Positions 38,771-63,765 of a DNA stretch of 64,000 nucleotides are shown here, one piece after another. This DNA is from Balanoglossus misakiensis. Its lineage: Eukaryota > Animalia > Hemichordata. Every line of letters starts with the position of its first letter. The stretch's first letter is position 1. Where the stretch lies: NCBI GenBank assembly GCA_040954595.2, contig CM082589.2, positions 5,515,186 to 5,579,185 on the forward strand, written 5' to 3'. Under the pieces are notes generated by a model. It ran no database searches. It was not told the origin of the DNA and was given only the letters and a program-made list of their open reading frames with translations. The position numbers and the translations under genes are program-made.

Positions 38771-39799
38771 GTAATGAATCGATTACAATTAATATTATAT
38801 ATGTGAGCTGTCTGTATAAACGTATGTATGTGTGTATATGTATGTTCATGTATGTATGTATTGTATGGGTACGAAATGTGTGGTTCGACTTAACCTCCTG
38901 GTGAGTGAGTCCAGTGACTCACGAAACAGCTAGCGTTGTAGAGATACCGCCTATTGTTTCTACAACTATGCATGTATGTATGTATTACATATACCAACCG
39001 GCAGTGCCAGTATAGATAACATTTTTAGTCGGACGGGATAAAAAAAATGACTTCCTAGTCTATGTGTCGGGCTCTGGATAGCGGCCTCGGTCCACGCATC
39101 GATCGTCCGCTACTAGGGGCGATACGTTTTTACTAGTTTCTCACAAGTGAGATTTGCGCGATGTCACCACCGTACACAACATGGTAGGCCCGCACCCAGG
39201 GGGCTCAACCCTAGCATAAAGTGACACAGAGATATTGGATTTGTTTTCTGTAGTCCTCATCATCAGTAAATTACTCGTATTTTCTACAGTAACATTAATT
39301 CGTTTCGCAGTTGCCATACTTTTTTCCTGATTGGTTAATTCGAATGATTGCAAGTCCCTGATTGGCTTGTTCATGCATGAACACGGCTGGTCTGCTGGTT
39401 CTCTTATGCAAATCATTATCTGCAGTATTTCCGATCACCATTCTGTGAATGGTCAGTCTGTCCAGCTAAAATTTGTTTATCAATAGATCGGCCTACACGA
39501 CTAATTATGAATATTGAATTGGCCGTTGAAGTCACTTTTCGAAGGCCACGCCGTTTTCTAGCTCCGACTTTCCCAGTAAAAAAACTCAATTTTGCCTTCC
39601 CAATTCCACACTTGATGTACTGCCCGAAGAAAATGTTATCAGTTGAGGTAAGTTATGGCTTTTTTTTATCATTTTGTGAACAGAACCATGTCAAATTCAA
39701 GTAAAATTGTCCAGAACCATGATGTGAGTGTCCGTGCGTTGTTGGGGTGTCTTTGGCCCAAGCATGGAGAAATGCAGTGTCGGACCTGTTCGTTATTCA

Positions 39800-40730
39800 T
39801 TTTGTGCACACGCTTTGTTCAAATTTGCTTGACTGGAAAATACCAAGTTCAAAACGAGACTGTTTATGCTTCTCTAAATTCGTAAAAGCGACTTGAGACA
39901 ATTTCATTTCTGTCATTTTAGTGGTATATTTTCCTTCATGAGCGGAGTTTTGACCTTGAAATGTCGGACTTTTGAAAAATTTATCGGCATGGCATGAGCT
40001 AACCATGCCAACCACGATAAAATTTAGGAAGTTTTGTCAAGATTATTTCCAAATAAATTTACGGCTGTCATTTTGAGCTACTACAACCCCTTCTCCCAGA
40101 AAAAAATGTAACAAAAGCCTGTCCTGAGCGGAGTTTTGACGCTAGAAGTGCCGGACTTTAGAAAAATTTCCCAGAACGGCATGGTTTTACCACGATAAAA
40201 TTTAGGAATTGGTGTCAAGATTATTTTCAAAGTTACGGATACACAACCCCCACTGACAATTTGCATGTCCCAAGTTGTGCACACGCTTTGTTCAAATTTG
40301 CTTCACTGGAAATATTAAGTTCAAAACGCGGCTGTTTATGCTTCTCTAAATTCATAAAAGCGACTTGCGTCAATTTCATTTCAGTGGTATATTTTCCTTC
40401 ATGAAACTTGCCTTTCGTGAGCGGAGTTTTGACGCTAGAAGTGTCGGACTTTTGAAAAATGTACCGGAATGGCATGAGCTAACCATGCTAACCACGATAA
40501 AATTTAGGAAGTTTTGTCAAGATTATTTCCATATAAATTTTTAGCTTATACGACCCCCTCTCCCATAAAATGTAACAAAAGCCTGTTATGAGCGGAGTTT
40601 TGACGTTGGAAGTGCCGGACTTTCGAAACATTTACCGGAATGGCGGGGTAAAAATTCAGAAAGTGTTGTCAACATTATTTCCAAAGTTTACGGACCACAC
40701 ACCGAGCTGATACGAGCCCCACTGACAATT
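39800..40730. repeat. Complex direct repeats (probable non-autonomous transposon interior)
   Basis: gagcggagttttgac..gtg.cggactt block occurs 4 times, and the tgtgcacacgctttgttcaaatttgctt block twice (~39803, ~40276). Confidence 0.75.
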
Positions 40731-42217
40731 CGCCAACCCCCATTCTAAGCTGCGAAAACGGACTCGCCATTCTTTCATTTTAAGAATCGTTGCTTATTAT
40801 TTTTGGCAAATACAGATTGTTATTCCATTTCTATGAATAAAACGCATTGTCATTTGTTTTTCATAGTGTGTAACCTATTGTCATTCATTTGTTTTAGGGG
40901 GACCCGTTCAAACTGGCCAGCCCAACTGAACACGTGGTCTTCAATGGCGGAAATCAAGGTACGTTACTCATTTACAATTACTCATTAAGAGTCAGTCAGT
41001 CAGATATATTAATGGCAGACAATCATGTTCATGTGGACTTGCTATAAAATTGTGTATTTTTGTTAGTTGGGGCAGTTGTCCATCACATTATTCAGGGCAA
41101 CATCAAAAAAGTTGCTCAGGACAAGCCCTTTCATGCAAATAGGAGTCATAAAAGTGACCAATCATCTTAATCGTCAGTATGCAGATGACTACGCGAAATT
41201 TTTAATTGTCTTGCCATAAGAGTAGCTAGCGCAGGATAGTTCGACACGGTTTATCGGATGTGTAAATCGAAGAAGTTGGATATGGACAACCCAAATATAT
41301 TGCAGTGACAATTAAAAATGTTGGTGTAGAATTATGTAGAATTAAAGGTACAAAGTTGCTCTTTTTGACCTTTCTGCAATATCAAGAATTCGTGGAAAAC
41401 TTTCACAGTCTCTTGGTGTACAAAATATTGACAAATTATAACTTCAAAAAGTGTCAAAATTTTTCTTCTTACTGAATGTAAAAAAAGAAAATTTTGTTTG
41501 TGACCATATTTTAAAAAGTCAAACGGCATAGGAAATCTTCATATCAAAATAGGTCAACAAAGAGCAATTTTGTCACTTTAATAATGAACATTATAAATAA
41601 AACAATAAATATAATAGAGAAATGATTTAAAGTGGTGCTTTATTGTGTGTGTGAGTGTGTGCAGGAAATGCCCTCATAGCTGTAGGAGAAACCATAAGGG
41701 ACCCCAGGAAATTTAATTGCTACTGCCCAGCATGCATCTATCCGGGGCTGTTGCGAGGTGGTCTGGATAACCATATGAAGTAACAGTCTTGGTGCATGGT
41801 TCTCTCTTTGGACCATCCCCAGAGGTTGTAATGATCTCTGTGGCTGTTGCGAGGTTGTCTGGATAGCCAAATTAAGTAACAGTGGTCATCTTATTTTGGA
41901 CCAACCCCAGTAAACATATAGATAGTGATAAACATAAAATTGATTCAGAAACTTCCGATATTCATAAAAAATGAATTAAGTGTAGTTATTTTAGAATATG
42001 AAATTAATATGCAAATTTGTATTGATTGATAATAATAGAAAATAACTCGAGCAAGTCTCATAAAATTAGACAGTGGTCCTGAATTTAGGGTTACCATAAT
42101 TGTTGGATTTTTGTTCACATGTGCTAATTAAGCAGAATATAAGTTATGACAGTTTGAGGTATTTATGTTTGCTGTTTGGAGTTTTTGAAATAATCACATG
42201 AGTCACTCGAAACTTTT

Positions 42218-42528
42218 TAAAGTTTGAAACAAAACAAAGCAGTGTTCACTGTCTTTTTGTCATGGACATCACTAAATTTGGCGGCCATTTTGAATCTCAA
42301 ATTTGGCGGCCATTTTAAATTTCAAATTTGGCAGCCATTTTGAATCGCAAATTTGTGACAACTAAAATGTCAATTAAAGTTTGAAACAAAACAAAGCAGT
42401 GTTCACTGTCTTTTTGTCATGGACATCACTAAATTTGGCGGCCATTTTGAATCTCAAATTTGGCGACCATTTTAAATTTCAAATTTGGCAGCCATTTTGA
42501 ATCGCAAATTTGTGACAACTAAAATGTC
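42218..42528. repeat. ~158-bp tandem duplication, each copy with three aaatttggcggccatttt sub-repeats
   Basis: aaagtttgaaacaaaacaaagcagtgttcac... occurs at ~42219 and ~42376. Confidence 0.85.
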
Positions 42529-43420
42529 AGGGTTACCACAAAAAGAAAGCAATCAAGTTCTCTTCAATAATGCAAGTTTTCTTTATTCACATAAACTCTG
42601 CTGACAAGTTAGAATAAAAGACCAAAAACTTTGATGACAGAAACAAAATTCTATTTAAAATTACAGTTGTCAGAAACCTCAAGTCATAGGTCAAAATCAA
42701 AAGTTTATTTTAGTATTATAACCTAGAAACTTTTAATACAGGGGCTTGTGGTACAAAAACATTTAAAAATTCTAGTTTAAAATGACAAACACTTAAAAAT
42801 CAATAAAAGGACTCTCTTACAAATGTAGTTTTAATAAATAAGTCATTGTTTTATTTTTTCGGCTTACTTAAATACACTACATTCAAAATTTAATGTGGGT
42901 GTTAATTTAAAAAAAACTTAGAAATTTTTTGAAAAGAGTTCCCCTTTACTAAGTTTAAGTTTTAAAAAAAACTTAGAAATTTGAAACATGATTAAGTTTT
43001 CTAAGTAAAGGGTTCTAGGTGAAGTGTTCCCCTTAACTCATGAAATTCCAAAGATCCAATTGAAGTAGCAGATTAGAACAGAACAAAGTTCCGTAATTTC
43101 TAACTGAGAGCCTGTAAACAGTCTTACTTGAGATAACTTCAGTTAAAACACACTCTCTCTTACGAATGTAATTTTAATTAATAAGTCATTGCCTATTTAA
43201 CTACATTCAAAATTTAATGAAATGACAATAATAGAAATAGGCAGTCTAGAATATGTGCATGTATAATCCACAGATTTAAAATTTAGAAATATTGTATGCT
43301 TGATAGATTCCAAAACTGCATCTTCTTAATTGATGTCTACAACCGAGTCCATGGCAACTTCCCTGCACCTAAGGACGAAAATAAAATTAGGAGAATAACT
43401 TAGCAATGTAATTGTGTGTG

Positions 43421-43810
43421 TCTTACTTCGGTTGAGCAAACTTCTATTTTTTTTTTACAAGTGCATTACGGGCATCCTAATCTATGCAAGATCTTTTCAA
43501 AAATGTTTTGCATCTGAAAAGATCTTGCATAGATTATGATGCCCATAATGCACTTGTAAAAAAAAATAATTTAACTTAGCTCAACCTAAGTAAGAGTTGT
43601 GGTTGGGATTTATTAGTCTCTGCTGTACACTCATGGGGAGGTTAGGGTGGGGGCTAGGGATGGCATATAAAAAGCCAAAAAAAAAAAACTAAGTCAGAAA
43701 CGCTAAAAATTTGAAATTTGTCTATACCTCCACGTTGGGGCATATACAAGTTTCAAAAATTTTCTAAGTTTTCTTTGACTTAGAAAATTTTTGAAACTTG
43801 TGTATGCCCC
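43421..43810. repeat. Two adjacent long hairpins (43421-43595 and 43737-43810)
   Basis: ttacaagtgcatta.gggcatc.taatctatgcaagatcttttca and its reverse complement; ggggcata.acaagtttcaaaaattttctaagt and its reverse complement. Confidence 0.85.
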
Positions 43811-44014
43811 CTACATAACTTGCATTTTCTAACACTTGCCTTGTCTTTTCAGATCCCGGCTGGACTCCACTTCTTTCGATTGGTCATCAACCATTCAACA
43901 GATAGACCTGAAACGACAAGTGAATACGAGTTAAATTTCAATATGAAATATGAAATATGAAAATGAAATAAAATACAATAAATTTCAATCCTTGGTGTCT
44001 GCTTTTTTGTAAAA

Positions 44015-44912
44015 AAAAAAACACTTAGAAATTTTTCAGGCTTTACTCTATACTTATTAAAAACACTTAGAAATTTTTCAGGCTTCACTCTATACTTATT
44101 AAAAACACTTAGAAATTTTTCAGGCTTCACTCTATACTTTAACATTAAAAAAATACTTAGAAATTTTTCAGGCTTTACTCTATACTTTGATATTAAAAAC
44201 ACTTAGAAATTTTTCAGGCTTCACTCTATACTTTAACATAAAAAAAAATACTTAGAAATTTTTCAGGCTTTACTCTATACTTTGATATTAAAAAAATACT
44301 TAGACATTTTTCAGGCTTTACTCTATACTTTGATATTAAAAACACTTAGAAATTTTTCAGGCTTCACTCTATACTTTAACATAAAAAAAATACTTAGAAA
44401 TTTTTCAGGCTTTACTCTATACTTTGATATTAAAAACACTTAGAAATTTTTCAGGCTTCACTCTATACTTTAACATTAAAAAAATACTTAGAAATTTTTC
44501 AGGCTTTACTCTATACTTTCACATTAGGAAAATACTTAGAAATTTTTCAGGCGTTTACTCTACACTTTCACATGAGGAAAATACTTAGAAATTTTTCAGG
44601 CTTTACTCTATACTTTGATATTAAAAACACTTAGAAATTTTTCAGGCGTTTACTCTACACTTTCACATTAGGAAAATACTTCGAAATTTTTAAGGCGTTT
44701 ACTCTACACTTTCACATGAGGAAAATACTTAGAAATTTTTCAGGCTTCACTCTATACTTTAACATAAAAAAAAATACTTAGAAATTTTTCAGGCTTTACT
44801 CTATACTTTGACATTAAAAACACTTAGAAATTTTTCAGGCGTTTACTCAATACTTTCACATTAGGAAAATACTTAGAAATTTTTCAGGCGTTTACTCTAC
44901 ACTTTCACATTA
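44015..44912. repeat. Minisatellite, ~42-50 bp unit (cttagaaatttttcaggctttactctatacttt), ~19 copies; related short array at ~47220-47440
   Basis: Directly visible periodicity. Confidence 0.93.
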
Positions 44913-45103
44913 GCGAAATAAAGGGAGTGTGTGTGTCAAATTGAGATTGATTGGGTCTTACCTTAAGCAGTACTCTTGGATTCTTCAAACCATCGTCTGG
45001 GCATTGAGAAGATTTCACCTTGACTTTAACTCACTGCAATGCAAAGAACAAAATCAGGGTAAGTTTAACAACAATATTAATTACACAAAAAGACTGATAA
45101 CAG

Positions 45104-46547
45104 TCAAGAATTTGACAATTTCCATGAGCTATAACCCATGAAAAGTGTCCCAGAATGACAACATCACCAAAGTTTGCAAAGTCGAGAATTTGTCATTTTG
45201 TGACATTTTCATGAGCTATAACCAATGAAAAATGTCCCAGAATGACAAAATCACCAAAGTTTGTAAAGTGGAGAATTTGTCATCTCTTGACAATTTCCAT
45301 GAGCTATAGCCCATGAAAAGTGTCCCAAAATGACAACATCACCAAAGTTTGCAAAGTCGAGAATTTGTCATCTCTTGACAATTTTCATGAGCTATAGCCC
45401 ATGAAAAGTGTCCCAGAATGACAACATCACCAAAGTTTGCAAAGTCGAGAATTTGTCATCTCTTGACAATTTTCATGAGCTATAGCCCATGAAAAGTGTC
45501 CCAGAATGACAACATCACCAAAGTTTGCAAAGTCGAGAATTTGTCATCTCTTGACAATTTCCATGAGCTATAACCCATGAAAAGTGTCCCAGAATGACAA
45601 CATCACCAAAGTTTGCAAAGTAGAGAATTTGTCATCTCTTGACAATTTCCATGAGCTATAACCCATGAAAAGTGTCCTAGAATGACAACATCACCAAAGT
45701 TTGCAAAGTCGAGAATTTGTCATCTCTTGACAATTTCCATGAGCTATAGCCCATGAAAAGTGTCCCAGAATGACAACATCACCAAAGTTTGTAAAGTCGA
45801 GAATTTGTCATCTCTTGACAATTTCCATGAGCTATAGCCTATGAAAAGTGTCCCAGAATGACAAAATCACCAAAGTTTGCAAAGTCGAGAATTTGTCATC
45901 TCTTGACAATTTCCATGAGCTATAGCCCATGAAAAGTGTCCCAGAATGACAAAATCACCAAAGTTTGCAAAGTCGAGAATTTGTCATCTCTTGACAATTT
46001 CCATGAGCTATAGCCCATGAAAAGTGTCCCAGAATGACAAAATCACCAAAGTTTGCAAAGTCGAGAATTTGTCATCTCTTGACAATTTCCATGAGCTATA
46101 GCCCATGAAAAGTGTCCCAGAATGACAAAATCACCAAAGTTTGCAAAGTCGTGAATTTGTCATCTCTTGACAATTTTCATGAGCTATAGCCCATGAAAAG
46201 TGTCCCAGAATGACAAAATCACAAAAGTTTTCAAAGTCGTGAATTTGTCATCTCTTGACAATTTCCATGAGCTATAGCCCATGAAAAGTGTCCCAGAATG
46301 ACAAAATCACCAAAGTTTGCAAAGTCGAGAATTTGTCATCTCTTGACAATTTCCATGAGCTATAGCCCATGAAAAGTGTCCCAGAATGACAAAATCACCA
46401 AAGTTTGCAAAGTCGAGAATTTGTCATCTCTTGACAATTTCCATGCGCTATAGCCCATGAAAAGTGTCCCAGAATGACAAAATCACCAAAGTTTGCAAAG
46501 TCGAGAATTTGTCATCTCTTGACAATTTCCATGAGCTATAGCCCATA
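45104..46547. repeat. Minisatellite, 88-bp unit, ~16 copies, with internal palindromes
   Basis: gaatttgtcatctcttgacaatttccatgagctatagcccatgaaaagtgtcccagaatgacaa..caccaaagtttgcaaagtcga with period 88 (45361, 45449, 45537). Confidence 0.95.
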
Positions 46548-46556
46548 TAGCAGGGG

Positions 46557-47593
46557 TTTATTAGACTCTTCTTGAAAGTTTGGTGGGGATAGTAAGGGTG
46601 GGGGTTTGGGACTTAGTTTTTTTTTTTAAAGTATAAAAACACTAAAAATTTGAAATTTGTCTATACCCCCTCGTTGGGGCATACACAAGTTTCAAAAATT
46701 TTCTAATTTAGAAACTTAGACAATTTTTGAAAAGAGTTCCCCTTTACTAAGTTTTAAGTTTTATAAAAAAATTAGAAATTTTTTGAAAAGAGTGCCCCTT
46801 TACTTAGTTTTCTAAGTAAAGGGGAACCCTTTTCAAAAATTTTAAACATGATTAAGTTTTCTAAGTAAAGGCTTCTAGGTGAAGTGTTCCCCTTTACTTA
46901 GAAAACTTAATCATGTTTCTAATTCCCCCATGATTAAGTTTTCTAAGTAAAGGGGAACACTTTACCTAGAACCCTTAACTTAGAAAACTTAATCATGTTT
47001 CTAATTCCCCCCTATACTTATACTTACACCTTGTTTTTTCAGATCATCCATCCATCCGGACTCCACTTCTTTCGATTGGTCATCAACCATTCAACAGATA
47101 GACCTGAAACAACAAGTGAATACAAGTTCAATTCAACACTGGTTTTGTCACAATTTTATAGAAATAAAATAAAATAAAAATAAAGTGCAATCTTTAGTGT
47201 GTCTGTTTTTTTAAAAAAAACTTAGATTAGGAAAAACTTAGAAAATTTTTCACGATTGACTCTATACTTGCATTCATAAAAAAACTTAGAAAAGTTTTCA
47301 GGACTGACTCTATACTTGCATTCATAAAAAAAAACTTAGACAATTTTTCACGATTGACTCTATACTTAGATTAGGAAAAACTAAGAAAATTTTTCAGGAC
47401 TGACTCTATACTTACATTGGGAAAAAACTTAGACAAATTTACCTGAACAGCACTCTTGGATTCTATGGAGTATTGGTTGAGCATTGGGTGGATTTCACTT
47501 TGAGTAAACTCACTGCAATGCAAAAAATAAAATAAAATTAGGGTGAGTTTAACAACATCAGCAATTAATTAAACAAAATGACTGACTACGGTC
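46557..47593. repeat. Diverged direct copy of block 43609-45104, with additional short inverted repeats at 46844-47001
   Basis: Shared aaatttgaaatttgtctatacc, ggactccacttctttcgattggtcatcaaccattcaacagatagacctgaaac and aactcactgcaatgcaaa in the same order. Confidence 0.8.
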
Positions 47594-48787
47594 TATGTGC
47601 AATAGGCCACATCTGGTGAATACAGCATTTTGTGCACATGAAGACATGAAAGAACAAAGAAACACGGTGAAAAATTTGTGAAGCCTTACCAACCATCAAC
47701 TGATCCAAGGTCCCAATGGTACATATACATAATTTTACTGGATTGGTCCTAATAATGGATATAATTAGAATGACAAAACTGCCACAAAGTTATTTGATTT
47801 TGGCACAAACTGACGAAAACACAGGCCGTTTCAAAGATAGCAAGTTTTAATCACTAATTAGTGAAATGCACCACAAAAAACTCCATACTGGATTTTTCAA
47901 ACTACATTTGGCATACCAGAATGAGGCATCCCTGACTCTGTGGCAAAGCAATGTGACAAGTTGTTTTCAAGTTTTTGATCAGAAGCAGCTAAATTTGACA
48001 TGGAAATGTAAAAAATTAACTAGGAACATGCCCAATAAAGTGTCATGGCAGTCTTGTAAGTGGTGCTGGAAAAATTCAGTTTTTGACCAAATATTGTCTG
48101 TGCAAACACAGAGGGGGAAAGTTTAACAAAGATCTAATGAAAGAATCTACAACAAAAGCACCAATTAATGCCTCAAGTTTGAGTTTAAAGTATAATAAAT
48201 AACTTTGGTTACCGGAACAAATGAAATGACATGGGCACTCGACTCTAGTCTGATTAATGTAGATGAGCCCTTTACAGCCTGTTTAGATACAGGATTAATG
48301 TACATGTACAATACTCTACAGAGACTTGTAAATTCTCCACTTAGTAACAGAGCCAGTACTAAGCTGCCTTTTGACCCTATTGGAAATCCAAACAACCATT
48401 ACCTCGTCCCAGTTAAAATACAACTTTTAGAACTTTTCAATCAAACAGCCCAAGTGATCCAGTCATCCTCTCTTAGAAGAAAATATTCAAGATTTATGAT
48501 TAAAAACAAAAAGGTTTTCGAGGTGAAAGGTCACATCACCATAATATGATCACATTCAACTGGTAATCTCTATTCTCAAAATATACAGAGTACATCAATA
48601 ATTTCCTTGCATTTATAATACACAATGAATCCCATGGATGAGCTATTGAAGACCAGAAATTCAACTCCAAAAATATCAGTTCCTCTTCTCAAGAATTTTA
48701 TCACCACAAAATACCTGTGACACTCCCAGTCCCATTTACTCTGAGGAAAGTCAATGTTAATTTGCATTTGGCTCGGCCGTCCAGTTT

Positions 48788-59715
<10,928 letters not shown>

Positions 59716-60318
59716 GATCTGGGAAGAAAACAGAAAATATCCAAAAATGTTATTTTCTCTAAAATCAGTATTGTTTGCTATTGCACATAACAAAATGTTC
59801 ATCTTTGACCAAAATTTGATCCTCGTTAAATTTTTAGTGGTGGTTACCCTATGACTGTTTTTAAACAATAATCCATAAAGTTCTCATCTTTAATATTTGA
59901 TGTACATTTGTGATTGTGTAATTTTACTATAGGATATTTGGTTTTATTTTCTACATTCACTGCGTAGTAAAACTTTATTGTATTTTTAGTACATGTCATC
60001 AAAGCCAGTCCAGTTTTCTCTGTCTTTGATGACCCTGGGCGATGAAACACGAAACTGAAATCCACCTACGTATGTGCGTGGTGTTTTCGTTCTGTTTCAA
60101 GGCACGTGCACATTTGTGCGTACCGTAAATGCTTGACGTAAATGCTACCAGAATCACTTCGCCGTCAACAAACTAGAAAGCTTGAGTGTGTCTAGAGGTC
60201 AAGGTTAGAAAATACTCTGGGGGACCCAGCTAACGTTTAAATACTGTAAAACATGTTATTTTCGCGAGTTGAAATCTCCTGTAATCGAATCCATGGGAAG
60301 TCGGTGCACAGCATAGGT

Positions 60319-60332
60319 CCGCCGCCATTTTC
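60319..60332 (-). promoter_or_regulatory. YY1-type motif (AAAATGGCGGC), candidate ARFRP1 promoter/5'UTR
   Basis: The motif lies ~600 bp upstream of the ATG exon, which itself begins with an acceptor at 59719 and so needs a non-coding first exon. Confidence 0.3.
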
Positions 60333-60645
60333 AAAACCACATGCGGCAAAGATTTCCACTGTTTTCCCAATCAGCAATTCATGATTCCTGGTTTAAAAAT
60401 AACACAAGAATAGATGTGAAACCAGCCCCCCCAGTGAAGTGATACTAATTTCCTCGGCCAGGTTTTTTCCATTGAGTGCTGCGACAATTATTTTCGGTGA
60501 ATGTGAGCAGCGCTTTCTGCCGACAGAGCAGGAATGTGATATTAATCAACACCCTGCCAATGTGTCACTCTGGTTTTGTTGTGATAGACACGGGTTTCCA
60601 AACAATTGAAAATAGGGTTAAGACCATGGCAGGGACTATGCAATG

Positions 60646-60755
60646 CAGTACAGTACAGTACAGTACAGTACAGTACAGTACAGTACAGTACAGTACAGTA
60701 CAGTACAGTACAGCACAGCACAGCACAGCACAGCACAGTACAGTACAGTACAGTA
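60646..60755. repeat. (CAGTA/CAGCA)n pentanucleotide microsatellite
   Basis: Directly visible. Confidence 0.95.
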
Positions 60756-63700
60756 AATTCATTTTGACAAGTACTTCTTCTTTATAAAGTTGACAACTCA
60801 TAATCCTTTCATGTAGCAGCCTTCGAAGTATCATGACCCACTTTCATTGACCGAGTAATCTCAAATCAGAACTGTCACCTAACGTGAAGGATTAACTTTA
60901 TTATCTTTTCATAATTCACTTCTCCATTTTGTCACTTACACAGAAAAAATCTTTGTTTCAGATCTTGTACTTTTTATTGTCAAATGACATCAAGGTCTTG
61001 TTGTAAATTATGTTTCCTGACAACAAGTGTTTCGTCCATGAACTCTGTGCAGCACAGTATGCCACTCAGCAATACAGATCTCGAACATCACTCTGCAGCA
61101 CAGTAGCAACCCCACTGAATTTATTTGCAGTCTAAGGGCCACATGCCAGAGGTACAGATAAAATGGTGGCATGTACACACATTTGTCAAGAAGAGGCAAT
61201 CCTACATTTCAGGCAAAGTTCCGGTAGCTAAACAGATCTGCCACCAACTCAGAACACACAAATATACAAGTGTTCATCAACACCTAAAACATACCTTGGA
61301 ATCGCATAAACACAATTATCGCAAGAATCTGACCTTACACAGTGAGCAAGTTGATACTATCGTGCAAACATATCACCCTACAATTACAACCCCAGCGTCC
61401 GGGAACCTTGAAGTTGAACTTAAAACAGCTATCCCAGGATTAACATTCCCCCCGGAAGGTTTGGCATTCCCATCTGCTTTCGCTTAAACTCCGTCGTGGC
61501 AAGTCTGCTTCAAAGAGATTGAGTTTACATCGGAATTTCAACCCAGTGTCCTAGTTTTCCACTGAGGGGGGGTTCATTGTCAGGATCGTGAAATACAGTC
61601 AGTCGTCACAGTGGTCACTTGTAAACACAAACTTTTATCACCCAAACCCAACAGAAAATAGCACATACATGTAAAGCACAAGGCTGAAACATTTCCAGAA
61701 ACAAAAAGATGATATTATGGACATATACTTTATTTCTCACAGATGACCTACTGACACCGATTTTCCTAGAATCGCTGGACGTTAGACTTCGCCTGGACAA
61801 GTGGACGGTTTACGATTTTGTATGAATTACTGCCAGAAGGTTATTTCCGATAAAAACCACAGAAGAAATGTGCCGGTTGATATATATGAAGGCATGGCAA
61901 AGTGTTGCCCTATTTTATGGTTTGTTATGTTTGGGTGGTTCCAAGATGTCAAATTCATTCTTGGTGATAAGTTTTATAAGAAACACCAGCTGGAGTGCGA
62001 TGAAGCGTTGACAGCATTCCAGGAGTATCCGTCCCCCCCCCCTCTCTCTCTCTCTCTCCACCCATCCTGACCCACATTAGAAATGACTTGCTATTACTCA
62101 AAAATCAACATCTATTTTCCACATGTCCCAATTTTGAACATTAGAGGAAAGAAAACTGTCAGCTAAACCTGGTATCTGCTGGATTCCCATCACAGAATGT
62201 GGTCACGTTTTGATCGCATGCAAGATTACATCAATTTCATACAGAGCAGTATTGTAAGACTGAAGAGGACTTCTTTCTTCCATCTTTCATCCACTAGGTT
62301 GACCCAATTATGGATCGGCCAAATGCAAATCACTTGAGGATTACATGATCGTGGAGTTCACAAGCATTCACGACTAGAAAACAACAGGCAGAATTCAGTA
62401 TGTGCAGGCCTTGGTACAGGCCCTACAGGGGCGAACTTTTGTAAGGTTCGACTAGTTTTCATGGGAGTGTCCCACCGGCACCTGTTCTTCCTCACAGACC
62501 TTGACACCTACTTTCTGCGGGGCTGGGTCGACCTGGTTTTGAGCGGCCAGTAGGTCGCATACTTTTGACGTTGTTTTAAGAGACCACTGTATCTACTGGC
62601 TGAAGTGCTGAGGAATTCTCGCCCACCACCATAGACACGGACACACAAGGATGAAAAAAGTTATGCTAGGTGTGGTCGGGTGCGAGAGACATGGAATGGC
62701 GCGGAGGCACTGCCGTTAAACTTGCAATAATCAAGTGCAGCTGATAGCGTTGCCGTGGTTTACGAGGGTCATTACTTTCTTTTTATCGCCCTGCAGTAAC
62801 GGCGATTGCGAGGGAGGAGGGGGGGGGGGGTTGATAATGAACTGATGTAGTGTTCTGCGCGTGGAGGCATCCAAATCTGGCATCTATCCTTCGTATCCGT
62901 AAAAACTCTGTGATATACAAAACAGACGCCAGAAAAATGTGAATTTTCCAAAGCTGTGATACCAGGGAATAAAATGCTTGTACACATTTATTCCACAATA
63001 GATGTGTTTTCACAAGTTAATATCTTGGTATGCTTTCCTTAACCGGCAAAGATTGACTCAGTATCAAGTCTGAAGCAACCCAAATCTGAGCATTTCAGCA
63101 GACAATGAAACGTAAAAGACAAACAAACAAATTGTAAATGAAGCAGGAAAATACTGATGTGTGATTGGTTGGAAGTTCTATCACATGGCAATTTGCATAA
63201 TGACAGGTGACCAGCCCATGAACAAATCAAATCAACTGTCCATCTATGCAGGCAGATAAAAAAAAAACTTGATAACTATAGGTACACAGATATCAATGGC
63301 AGCTTGTTCAATGGCTACACTTCAAACCAAATATAAGACCATCTGCACGTTGAAAACCCATTAACAGACCCATTTTATTCCAGAAGTCAACCCGCTGACT
63401 ACAGTTGGAATGATTTACGCAATCTTCTTCCTTAATTCCCGTCATGATCTACAAGAGTGGTGAAAAACTGATCTAGAACACGCAATTAAGTCCACTGTGC
63501 AAAATCCTCTCATGATTGCCACACAATTTACATGTACTATCTTGCATGCATGTGTACTGTACTTAACTTGACATGTTCACACTCTCCATTTTCCCCTTTC
63601 AATGCAAGGTGCCTATCTACTTATTGATTTTATTATCAATATTGATGTCTATATTACAAGGTTATAAACCTGCGCCCGAAATGTCATTACTGTATCAATT

Positions 63701-63765
63701 CAGCGTTTTTACAAGAGCCTTGAGAGAAATCGTGTTCAGCCAACATATACACATCGCAGCGGTAA

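Noticed and set aside
41000-41320. Possible transposase relic
   Set aside because: No continuous frame or catalytic motif could be recognised by eye.
60476-60834. STVQY/CTVLY repeat ORFs
   Set aside because: Translations of the (CAGTA)n microsatellite.
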